Origin: the human T2T-CHM13v2.0 reference genome, Homo sapiens
Direction: 5' to 3' (one strand)
NCBI RefSeq assembly: GCF_009914755.1
Contig: NC_060927.1
Length of the DNA stretch: 64,000 nt
Positions 49,787-64,000 of this stretch are shown one piece after another. The notes beneath the pieces were generated by a model. The model searched no databases and was not told the origin of the DNA. It worked only from the letters and a program-made list of their open reading frames with translations. Both the position numbers and the translations under genes were made by a program. How positions within the stretch are numbered: position 1 is the first letter of the stretch; every line of letters starts with the position of its first letter.

Positions 49787-52130
49787 TGATAAGGACTGGC
49801 TCTGTGTCACTACCCAAATCTCACCTTGAACTGTAATCCCCACATGCCATGGGCGGGATGTGGTGTGAGGTGACTGGGTCATGCAGGCGGTTTTCCCCAT
49901 GCTGTTCTCGTGATGGTGAGGGAGTTCTTAGGAGATCTGATAGTTTAAAAGTGGCAGTTTCCCCTGAGCTCTCTCTCTCCTACCACCTTTGTGAGGAAGA
50001 TGCCTGCTTCCCCTTCTGCCATAATTCTAAGTTTCCTGAGGCTTCCCCAGCCATGTAGAACTGTGAGTCAATTAAAACTCCTTTCTTTATAAATTACCCA
50101 GTCTCAGGTAGTATCTTTATAGCAGTGTGAACATGGACTAATACAGAGAACTGGTACCAGCAGAGTGGGGTACTGCTGCAAAGATAATCTGAAAATGTGG
50201 AAGCCACTTTGGAAATGAGTAACAGGCAGAGGTTGGAACAGTTTGGAGGGCTCAGAAGGCAGGAAGATGAGGAAAAGTTTGGAACTTCCAAGAGACTTGT
50301 TGAATGCTTTTGACCAAAATGCTGATACGGATATGGACAATGTAGTCCAGGCTGAGGTGGTCTCAGATGGAGATGAAGAACTTATTGGGAACTGGAACAA
50401 ATGTCACTCTCGCTATACTTTAGCAAAGAGACTGGCAGCATTTTTGCCCCTGCCCTAGAGATCTGTGGAACCTTAAACTTCAGAGAGAGGATTTAGGATA
50501 TCTGGCAGAAGAAATTTCTAAGCAGGAAAACATTCAAGAGGTGACTTGGATTTCCCGAAAGTGTACCATTATATGCGTTCACAAAGAAAAGATAAGAAAT
50601 TGGAACTTAGTTTAAAAGGGAAGCAGAGCATAACAGTTTGGAAAATTTGCAGCCTGACCATGAGGTATAAAAGAAAAATCCATTTTCTGAGGAGAAATTC
50701 AAGCCAGCTGCAAAAATTTGCAAAAATAATGAGGAGCTGAATGTTTACATCCAAGACAATGGGAAAAATGTCTCCAGGGCATGTAAGAAATCTTTGAGGC
50801 AGCCCCTCCCATGACAGGCCCAGAAACCTAGGAGGGAAAAAATAGTATTGTGGGCCAGGGCCCAGGACCCTGCTGCTCTGTGCAGCCTTGGGACTTGGTG
50901 CCCTGCAACCCAGGCACTCCAATTCCAGCCATGGCTAAAAGAGGCCAAGGTACAGCTCGGGCCACTGCTTCAGAGTGGGCAAGCCCCAAGCATTGGTGGC
51001 TTCCATGTGGTATTAGGCCTATAGATGCATGGAAGACGAGAATTTAGGTTTGGGAAACTCCACCTAGATTCCAGAGGATGTATAGAAATGCTTGAAGGTC
51101 CAGGCAGAAGTCTGCGGCAGGGGAGGAGCCCTCATGGAGAACCTCTCCTAAAGCAGTGCAGAAGGGAATATGGGATTGGATCTCCCACATATAGTCCCCA
51201 CTGTGGCACTGCCTAGTGGAGCTTTGAGAAGAGGGCCACCATCCTCCAGACCCCAGAAGGGTAGATCCACCAACAGCTTGCACCATGCACCTGGAAACAC
51301 CGCAGGCACTCAATGCCAGCCCATAAAAGCAGCGCAGGGGCTACACTCTGCAGAGCCACAGAGGTGGAGTTGCCTAAGGCCATGGGAACCCACCCGCTGC
51401 ATAGCCTGCCCTGGAATGTGAGACATGGAGTCAAAGGAGATTTTAGAGCTTTAAGATTTAATGACTGCCTGGCTGGGTTTCGAACTTGTGTGGGGCCTGT
51501 GACCCCTTTGTTTTGGTCATATTTTCCCATCTGGAATGGGAACATTTACCCAATGCCTGTATTTCCCTTGTATCTTGGAAGTAACTAACTTGTTTTTTAT
51601 TTTTACAGGCTCACAGACAGAAGGGACTTGCCTTGTCTCAGATGAGACTGTGGACTTGGACTTTTGAGTTAATGCTGGAATGAGATAAGACTTTGGGGAA
51701 CTGTTGGGAAGTCCTGATTGATTTTGAAATGTGAAAAGGACATGAGATTTGAGAAAGGCCAGGGATGAAATATGGTTTGGCTCTGTATCCCCACCCAAAT
51801 CTCATCTTAAATTGTAATCCCCACATGTTGAAAAAGGGACCTGGTGGGAGGTGACTGGGTCATGGGAGCGGTTTCCCCCATGCTGTTCTCATGATAGTGA
51901 GGGAGTTCTCACAAGATATAATGGTTTAAAAGCGGCAATTTCCCCTGAGCACTCTCTCTCTGCTGCCTTGCGAAGAAGATGCCTGCTTTCCCTTCACCTT
52001 CTGCCATGACTGTAAGTTTCCTGAGGCCTCCCCAGCCATGGAGAACTGTGAACCAATTAAAACTCCTTTCTTTATAAATTACCCAGTCTCAGGTAGTATC
52101 TTTATAACAGTGAGAAAATGGACTAATACA
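49787..52130 (+). mobile_element. Full-length THE1 (THE1D-like) ERVL-MaLR provirus: 5'LTR 49787-50145, internal ~50146-51765, 3'LTR ~51768-52130
   Basis: Two ~360-bp direct repeats (..cccaaatctca..ttgaa..tgtaatcccc...ggactaataca); MaLR internal sequence; perfect 5-bp TSD ATAAG (49782-49786 / 52131-52135). Confidence 0.92.
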
Positions 52131-52336
52131 ATAAGCAAACACTAAGTAAAAATGTACATAAACATCATATAGAGGAGAAACCAAAAGAAAAAAGAAAGCT
52201 CACTTGTCCTATTCATCTATCATATTCATAATTTGTACTCAAATCTATTTTATAACAAATATAGGAGGTAGACCATATTCAAAATTTATTTACTATAATG
52301 AGCTAGCCACTATAGACCAAGCATTATAAAAATTCT

Positions 52337-52385
52337 CCTTGCTTCCTTATTTAATCCTTGCTTCCTTATTTAATCCTTGCTTATT
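52337..52385. repeat. 19-bp tandem repeat CCTTGCTTCCTTATTTAAT x~2.5
   Basis: Directly visible. Confidence 0.85.
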
Positions 52386-52581
52386 TTTAGAATTTAGAAT
52401 TAACGATTTTATTCTTCACCTGCTTCTAAAGGGCATCTATCTTCAATAGACTGGGTTCAGGAAAGTTTCTATGGAATTTACAGAAGTTAAAGAACTATAA
52501 AGGAGAGAGTTGTCAAATCACAGGGAAAGTCAGAAAATCAAAACTATGTATAGATCAAGACTAGTATTTGAAATATATTAC

Positions 52582-52694
52582 CTGTTCCAAGTTTTGAAGG
52601 CATTGCTGGCTCGTTTGAACAGATATCCTTCCATAACTATGCCATTTGCAGCATCTACGTTATATTCTAACTTAGAATCATCACTGGAGAAATC
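52582..52694 (-). CDS. ACAP2: ACAP2 exon 10 (PH start): DFSSDDSKLEYNVDAANGIVMEGYLFKRASNAFKTWN
   Basis: gtgtag|GAT ... AG|gtaata, 113 nt, phase 0/2; EGYLFKR PH beta1 motif. Confidence 0.95.
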
Positions 52695-53068
52695 CTACAC
52701 AAAATAACACATAAAGAAGTTCATATGACTTGACTAAGTTTCCTAGACAAGAAATGGATCCTAAGAAAAGAGTTCAAAAGGAAGAAAAGGTTTATATTAA
52801 GACAGTTACAACAATATTAATAAGAAAAATGAAGGGGGACTTAAATGATCAATAATAAAGAAATGTTTCAATACATTAAAGTATTTGACTTTAGTGGATT
52901 ATTTTATGCAATACTTATTGTGATGACGTAAGGACATATAATTATATAGAATATAGTGCAAAACAGAAAATAAATCAATATAAACTATATATACATTGTG
53001 ATTAAAAGCACAAAATAATATGTATACAAATAAACAAGGGAAACAACTAAATACTACACAGGGTATGA

Positions 53069-53790
<722 letters not shown>

Positions 53791-54959
53791 GGGGTGGTAG
53801 TCCTTCAATCTGACACTGTCTATGGCATTTTTTCCTAAAATAAAATTTAGTTTTCAAAGGAAACAGATCTTAGTCTACAGTTTGAAGTGGGCAAGTTGAA
53901 CTCACTTTTTTATGAGTACTATGAAATCACTCATAGTCTTCTTCTAGCGTTCTAATTATCTAAATCTTCACCTGAATGCAATTTAAACTTCCAATTTTCT
54001 TCCACACATTCATGAAGTTTGGAAATCAGAAATTCAATATTTAAAATATTGCCTAACAAACTTCAAAGCATTTTGAACACAACTCTAAGACTGCTGTTTT
54101 CAGCAAATTTAAAACTCTAAAGCCAGTCCCATAACTTTTAAAATTCCTCCTGGACCAATAATTAAAATTAGAATTCTACCCTATTAAGGAGCAGTAAACG
54201 TCCTGTCTTGGGAAACATTTTGGCAGTATCTACTGAGATGCTGGGGCCTTGCACCAGAGGGAAGGCAGAGGGACAACCATCTAAGGGCCCTCCAAATTTA
54301 AAAGTGTACTAAGTCAGGAACAGGAAACAGACTAAATTCAGAATTTCAAAAGAGAAAAAAAAATAACCTCTCCTGACACCTTTGAAACTTTAACCACGAA
54401 AAGACCTGATAATCCAAAATAATCAAATGAAGGAGAATCTGTAAACAAATTGCTACATTGCTTCCTACTTTTTCTTTGGGGGAAAAAAAAATCAGGGAAA
54501 CTTTAATGCCCTCATTTAAAATTTATTTGACGCTACAATTTATTTAATTATACAGAGAGAATTAAGGAAGCAGTAAATATAAATATAATTGACTTTGTTA
54601 ACATTCTAAAGGTTTCATTTGTAACATCTGCAGTTTTTCAAAACCTTGGTCAACTTAAAAGACTTCTTTGAAAGTGCAGGGCATTACAAGTGTTTCTCTA
54701 ATTTTCAACTATACTTCTTGAGATAAATTGTCTTCAATTTAATTACTATTAATATCAGCTAATATTTTGTAGTACTTAAAATGTGACAGATTTCATAACT
54801 TTAGCAATGAAATATGTTGGATGAAAGACATAGTGTTAGAATCTCCTTAAATACACTGATGACCTGACAAACTAGGAAGGAATACTCAAAGGCAAGAGAC
54901 TGAGTGAAAACTGGAATTCAAAGAGGTAAGGAGAGCAAGGGCATCTGCCTATCAGGAGA

Positions 54960-57210
<2,251 letters not shown>

Positions 57211-57292
57211 GTTTCTCCAATTGATCAATTTAAATTTTTGAAAAAATCTACATAACTACAGGAGACATACTTTCCCTTAGTTTTTAGTGGAC

Positions 57293-57325
<33 letters not shown>

Positions 57326-57326
<1 letters not shown>

Positions 57327-57337
57327 TGTAACGCAGC
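57326..57337 (-). CDS. ACAP2: ACAP2 12-nt alternative microexon (AALQ) in the BAR-PH linker
   Basis: TACTGAC branch point, CTCTTTTCTGCCCCT tract, TGC motif, acaag|GCT GCG TTA CAG|gtaaaa; phase 0/0 matching exons 9/10. Confidence 0.72.
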
Positions 57338-58766
57338 CTTGTGTCAGCATTTAGGGGCAGAAAAGAGGTCAGTATTCATAATAAGCAAAAAATAGCATCA
57401 TTTTCTTTAAAGGAAAACAGTTGAATATTATTTAAAATCAAATAAATTATTCTTAGAGTTAATAATTTACCATTTTTGAAGCTTCAGTACAACACTGAAC
57501 TGTGTCCACAATAGGAAAAGATATTAAAAGATGCATAATGTTTATTAAGTAATTCAATTTAAGGAAATATTCAGATAGTTCTACAAATACCATGATATCT
57601 CATTTTAATTAAAAACAATTGGTCCCAATTTTTAGCAATCTTTTCATGATCATGTCATTAAAACTCATTACCCATGAACACATCATACTGTACACTCTAA
57701 TTATGTAAAATTTTTATCTGTCAACTTAAAATAAAAAGTTAACCAAACAAAAGTTAATCTAACTGTAAACGAAACAAAATAAAACGTGGAGTTTGTCTCA
57801 CCTGACACTAACTAGAAAGTAACTAACTTAAAGATGGTCTTGTAGAAATCTTTCCTTTAATTATTTTTCTTTGAGCATTAATAATCCATCATCAATTAAA
57901 TTTTTCTTACTTTTATTATGATTTTGTTTTCATTTTTTTCCACTGACATCTTCTATATCAGATCTAGTTTACTGGTATTTTAAATTCTAAATAAACCATA
58001 AAAAAGTTGATTTTACTGCTCAATACCAAGAAAACAGATTTCTTAAAGCAATGCCAGAAGGCATCCTGTGCGTACTTATATTTCTATATTCAACTTCAGC
58101 ACTCTCCTTTTATTTTCAGATAACTACACAAAAAGCACCACTGACTTTATAAGAAAGTTGAGTTGCAGGAATGTCACACTAAACTCTTTTAGCATGAAGA
58201 AATAAAAACTGGTTTAATATTTGAGTTCTCATTTTTAAAAATATTTTCAAAGTAAGTTTAGCTAGGCTTAGACAATTTAACAGGCAATGCAAGTGAAGTT
58301 TTAGCATCTCGTGACAGAGAGGAAAGGCTGCCTTGCAGTGACTGCAGTTGGAAAGTCTGTAAGACCAAACACGCATGTTGACACTAAGGTGCATCCACAC
58401 CCTCTGCCCCACAACACACACACGGACACACACTTTTACAGGGAGTTGGTGGTATCCTAAATGTAATTATGAATAGTGTTTTGAATTCTAACTAAAGGCC
58501 ACTTTTAGCTTAGTTAAGTTCCTAAGAGATTCAAATTTTTATAAACTGGTTCAAGAAGCATAGCTTTCAAAGATCTGAAAAAATAACAAAATACATACCT
58601 TAAAATCTGAAGAACATTTTGCTCTTCAAAAACAAAAGAGGAATTTATCTGCACAATTATTAGAACAACTCAAAAGATTTGTTCCAATACAATGATACCT
58701 TGCATAAACCAACACCCAAGCCATTGTATAAAGTGGAATTAATTTTTAATTTTTCCCCTGAGGTAC

Positions 58767-58841
58767 CTTTTGTTGAATGGTGGAATGTTTTTGCTCCATT
58801 TCTCTTTTCTCCTTTGCTGCATCCACAACCAGTCGATCCAA
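58767..58841 (-). CDS. ACAP2: ACAP2 exon 9 (end of BAR domain): LDRLVVDAAKEKREMEQKHSTIQQK
   Basis: ttttacag|TTG ... AAG|gtacct, 75 nt, phase 0/0; upstream exons lie beyond the window end. Confidence 0.93.
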
Positions 58842-59531
58842 CTGTAAAAAGGGAAAAGAGAAAACTGCAGACTTAAAAAAAGTATGGATTAGTTTTTCAA
58901 ACCATATTCCAAATCATTTCACAGATAAATAAAAAATCACTCAATTTAAGCTGATTTAATAAAGTTTTGGCTAAATTTTGAAGTAGAAGTTCATATTTTT
59001 TTCTGCTATCAAGTTCTCTTTGAGAAGATCCATATCTCCACTAGAAAATAAAAATTTCCAAGAACAGTCATGGTGCCATACATATACGATTGCAGACCGT
59101 GTCACAGGTACCCCAGTGATACACGTTCAATCCCTGAATAACGAAAATGACTCTAGCTTAGGCTCCTGCTGACCCACTAAGCAAATTCTGGTAGTTAAAA
59201 TCAAAGACACGAAGAAGACACTAGTGACTTCTTTCCCAAACAGCAAAAAGCAGTGCAGCTAAACTAGTATTAACCAGCTAACCTAGCTCTCACAAATTCA
59301 CTCTAACAGCTACTTCCAACCATTCAAGATGCTTCTTCATGTTTTCAGGTTGGCTCCCTAATGTCATACTCAAATCTAAAAAGAAGAAAAAATAATTCAT
59401 GAGATAAAAGAGAAAGCTAAAAATAATAATAATAAAAGAATAGTAATCATTCATAAGACCAAGGTAGGAAATCGGCAATTCTTAAGGCTCATTTTTAAAA
59501 GCTCAAAAAACTTAATAAAACCATAAAACCT

Positions 59532-59850
59532 GGCCGGGCGCAGTGGCTCACACCTGTAATCCCAGCACTTTGGGAGGCCAAGGTGGGCGGATCACGAGGT
59601 CAGGACTTCGAGAACAGCCTGGCCAACATAGAGAAACCCCGTCTCTCCTAAAACTACAAAAAATTAGCTGGGCATGGTGGCAGGTGCCTGTAATCCTACC
59701 TACTCGGGAGGCTGAGGCAGCAGAATCACTTGAACCCACGAGGCAGAGGTTGCAGCAGGCCAAGATCGCACCACTGCACATTAGCCAGGGTGACAGTGCA
59801 AGACTCCATCAGCCCTCCACCAAAAAAAAATATATATATATGTATATATA
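59532..59850 (+). mobile_element. AluS with short A/(TA)n tail
   Basis: Full dimer. Confidence 0.88.
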
Positions 59851-60679
59851 TAACCCATTTTTTTCTTGTTCCTTGGCGTTAGAAAGGATATCCATCATGA
59901 GGGAAGTATTTGATTTCCAGTAACATGTCACGAGAAATGCACTGGCTTCTTGAAATCCTATTTGCTAAACTAACAATAATTGGGTTATACATTATTAATT
60001 ATGTGGGTTTCATTGTCTAGACTATGATGATGCCTTTCCAACTCTGAACCTCCATCACCTCTAAATGATTAACACATGTTCGATAAGTGAATAAATTAAA
60101 ACATACATATCAGATCAGCAGGAATATGGAGAAAGATAAGCATTAAATGTCTACACATTTTAAGTTATATTTTTTTAAAACTAAATTTTTAAAAAGTCTT
60201 TTTCAAAAAAACTATTTGATCCCTTATCACAAATGATGTTTTTTCTACAGAAGAATAATTCTAGTCACAGATAATATTACTGAATAGTAATAAAGATTAA
60301 CCAAAAAAAAATCCACAATGAAACAGATCTATCACTATTATAAAGTACGTGATACAGGTGGCAACTATGCTACTCTATGATCTAATACACACATACCTTA
60401 GTGACACGTAGCATTGATTTAGTGGGTAATACCGTACATGGTGCGCTAGAAAAATATACTCTCACAGAAGTTTCTTAAGCGGAATGAGTGGACTAACCAT
60501 CCTAGGGGTTTTATGGCTCTGAGTGGCATATGAATATTACTCATTCATTCAGACTGAAATGCAGTACAAGGTAGCCCTCAAATTCAAAATATTTACAAAT
60601 ATGCACGCATATACTTTACATATGAATTCTGCAATGTAGGTGATGGTCTTCTGCCTAATTGGTAAGAAATGTCTCTTGC

Positions 60680-61009
<330 letters not shown>

Positions 61010-61299
61010 CTAACCAAAAAAGTGGGGACAATTCTCCCTCTCTGATGGGGAAAAAGAATAAAGAAAAAATATCTTTCATGATGGTTGGAGTTTGGGGGAA
61101 GGCATGAGTTGGGGAAATGTGAAGACTGGCAGAGTCTTATCTTCTAGACATGGGGAAATGTATCAGGAAGATAACTTGGAGCAGAGTAAAAAGGGTCCCG
61201 TGTTTGTGTTAGTACTGGACATTATCAATGTTAATAGGTTCCTATAACTAAGCAGGTATCCCTGGTCCTTCTGTGTTTTAAATCCCTTCCACTCCCACA

Positions 61300-62200
61300 A
61301 ACCTCAGATCCCATCACTTCTCTTTCTCCTTTTCAACTTCTCCCTCTTGAACTACCATCTGCTTTTAAGTTGGTGCAAACCATTCTACCTTAATAAAACT
61401 GCTAACCCATACTCTTTTTCCAGCTACCACATTCTTTCCCTCTTTCCTTCATAACACAACTTCTTTAAAATATTACCACCTTCTGTATCTGCCCATTTCA
61501 TATTCATCTACCCACTGTCATTCCGCTTCTACTGCCTGGGTCCCCAGCTCCATGGAAACAGCATCTCTCACAGAGGTAACAACTTTTTGCTGCTAAATCC
61601 AACAGGTATTTCTCAGTCCTAGGTTTACTTAACTTTCTAATAATGGAAGCTGATAACCACTCCTTCCCTTTGAAAGACTTTTCCTGGCCTACAATGCCAG
61701 TCTCCTGTTTTTCCACTTCCTCACTCATCTATGTCCTAACGCAGCTTCTCTTACCTTAGCCATCTCAAAATTTAGTCTTTCTTATGTCCCCGCCCCAAGT
61801 CAGCTTCTCTTTTTACTCAATACCAGTGGACCTCAGCCTTAACTTACAAAATGAAAATCTTCATGTATGGTGTCTAGGCAACTAGATTTTTTTAAATAGC
61901 TCTATGATTCAGAGATATCTAACTCACCCCCCATCAACTCACCCACTCTTGTGGTTGCAATCAGCAAGTATACGCTACTGATTCATTTAGTCTATCTCCC
62001 TCTTGAGCTCCGCATATATCCACTTAGACGTCTTATCCTCACAAATCAATATATTTAAGCATGAATTCGTCACGCCCTTCCACCCTCGAATTGGCTGTAT
62101 ATTAACCCTCAAATCTAACCATTTCTATCTCTACTGCCATGACTTTAGTTTCAGATGCCATTATCTACTAATTATGAAAAGAATATCGTAATTGGCCACC
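61300..62200. mobile_element. Degraded L2-like fragments
   Basis: CT-rich motifs (gctaaatccaacagg...ctcagtcct, gataaccactccttcccttt) typical of L2. Confidence 0.5.
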
Positions 62201-62539
62201 TCCAACCCGGCCATCTTATCCACTAGGCACTATAGGCTCTGGGGCTTAGATGTTTTTCAAGGACCTGCAGACTTATTTGAGATCTAGAGAGGGGGTAAAC
62301 CTATAAAACTAAAATGATTAAATGTTTTAAAAACACATAATTTTTTCAGCTAGTCAACTGCAATTCAACTCATACTGCTTTTATAAATTACACTGAACAT
62401 AAGATGAGAGCGCAATCTAATATTTGATAGTGTGTGAGGAATGTCTAAAACCCAGGAAGGTCTCTCCTTACCCCCAAGTCTGGCTTACATGTCCTGTCTA
62501 TATGTTCCTGCAACACTTTGACCCTTCCCTATATGGTGG

Positions 62540-62980
62540 AAAAGGCCAGCTGTCCCTCAATATCTATTTTCTCCTTCTTCCTTAACAATGGAACCCCTAA
62601 ATTCTAGCAGGTCACGTGGCTACCTGGCATTAACGTTAATTTCCCTTGCAGCTATTGTGACCCTGCGACTAAGGACTTGGCATTGGGATATATGTAGAAG
62701 TGATATGTACAATTTCTAGGAAATGTGCTTAGAGAGAAAACATATCTTTCATTCTCCTTTCCTTCTTCCCATTAGCTGGAATTTGGGTATGACAGCTAAA
62801 GCTTGATTAGCCACTTTGAACCATGAGGTAGAATCAAAAAACATAAGCCTGCACTCCTGCTAACCAAGTGGCCACCATACCATGTCTTTGACTTTACATA
62901 AGAGAAATAAAACTCTTTTTTAAATTACTAGTATTCTTGGTTTTCTATTACTTGCAAACAAACCTCATCCCAACTGTTAC
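62540..62980. mobile_element. Old MLT1-type MaLR solo LTR
   Basis: ttcccttgcagct...tgaccct; agagaaataaaactc...tctattacttgca...ctcatcccaactg. Confidence 0.5.
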
Positions 62981-63211
62981 ACACACACAAGGTATTTAGC
63001 ACAGAGATTAAGAGTGTGGTGACTTGTTGGCTTCTCCCAAGAGACTAAGTTCTGTAGAGGCAGAAAACAGAATACATGTAATCCATGGCATACACCCTAC
63101 ATGTCTTTCCCCCGTCTCAACACACACACACACACAAACCACAACTCACATATACTCTGGTCAGTAAATGCAATTCCCATTCCACTCTTACCTTTTTCCT
63201 TAAACTCAATT

Positions 63212-63493
63212 TTTCTTTTCCTTTTTTTTTTGAGGCAGAGTTTCCCTCTGTCACCCAGGCTGGAGTACAATGGCCCGATCTTGGCTCACTGAGAACTCCA
63301 CCTCATGCCTCAGCCTCCCGAGTAGCTGGGACTACAGGCATATGCCACCACGCCTGGATAATTTTTGTATTTTTAGTAGAGACGGGGTTTCACCATGTTG
63401 CCCAGGCTGGTCTCAAACTCCTGGCCTCATGTAATCTGCATGCCTCAGCCTCCCAAAGTGCTGGGATTACAGGCATGAGCCACCATGCCTGGC
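63212..63493 (-). mobile_element. Alu
   Basis: Reverse dimer. Confidence 0.85.
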
Positions 63494-63736
63494 ATAAACT
63501 CTATTTTTCATCATCAATCCCCTCCTCTTGGAAACTAAACTGAGACACCTTGAGAAAGAAAATCACCTAAAAATCGACAGTGTTAAAATAAAGAATGTTC
63601 GTCAATAAAAAACAATGTCCCCCGAACAGATCTAATATAATGTTATCATCAGATATGAAAAAATAATTTGAATATAATGACATTTTTATACATATAAAAT
63701 TTGTATGTATATGTATAGAACTATTACACGTAGCCA

Positions 63737-64000
<264 letters not shown>

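Noticed and set aside
49849-51826. ORFs within the THE1 element
   Set aside because: Fragmented remnants of MaLR internal/LTR sequence with stops and frameshifts.

Overview
Primate (most likely human) genomic DNA, Alu-rich, with two tandem minus-strand genes. The first is the 5' end of XXYLT1 (xyloside xylosyltransferase 1): CpG-island promoter plus coding exon 1 (2436-2939). The second is the 3' two-thirds of ACAP2 (centaurin-beta2; BAR-PH-ArfGAP-ankyrin): 15 canonical coding exons (58841 down to the stop at 11209) that splice in frame via GT-AG to 555 aa, then a ~4.6 kb 3'UTR ending ~3.6 kb upstream of XXYLT1. Reading the ACAP2 introns by hand revealed four hidden in-frame coding modules missing from the canonical protein as I recall it. 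These are a 12-nt microexon (AALQ, BAR-PH linker), a 21-nt microexon (KKPDHIR, PH lipid-binding loop), a 105-nt cassette exon (ACAP3-like SLFCPDELDSLFSYFD motif), and a read-through extension of the penultimate exon encoding an ACAP3-like C-terminus (...CIQEFISLQLEDS*) with its own putative 3'UTR, as an alternative to the ACAP1-like last exon. Repeats include about 40 Alus (several with multiplied right arms), a full-length THE1 MaLR provirus with TSD, and MER2, MER3, MIR, L1 and L2 fragments. Gene and paralog identities come from my recall of the protein families, not from a database search. Exon numbers are inferred and repeat boundaries are approximate.
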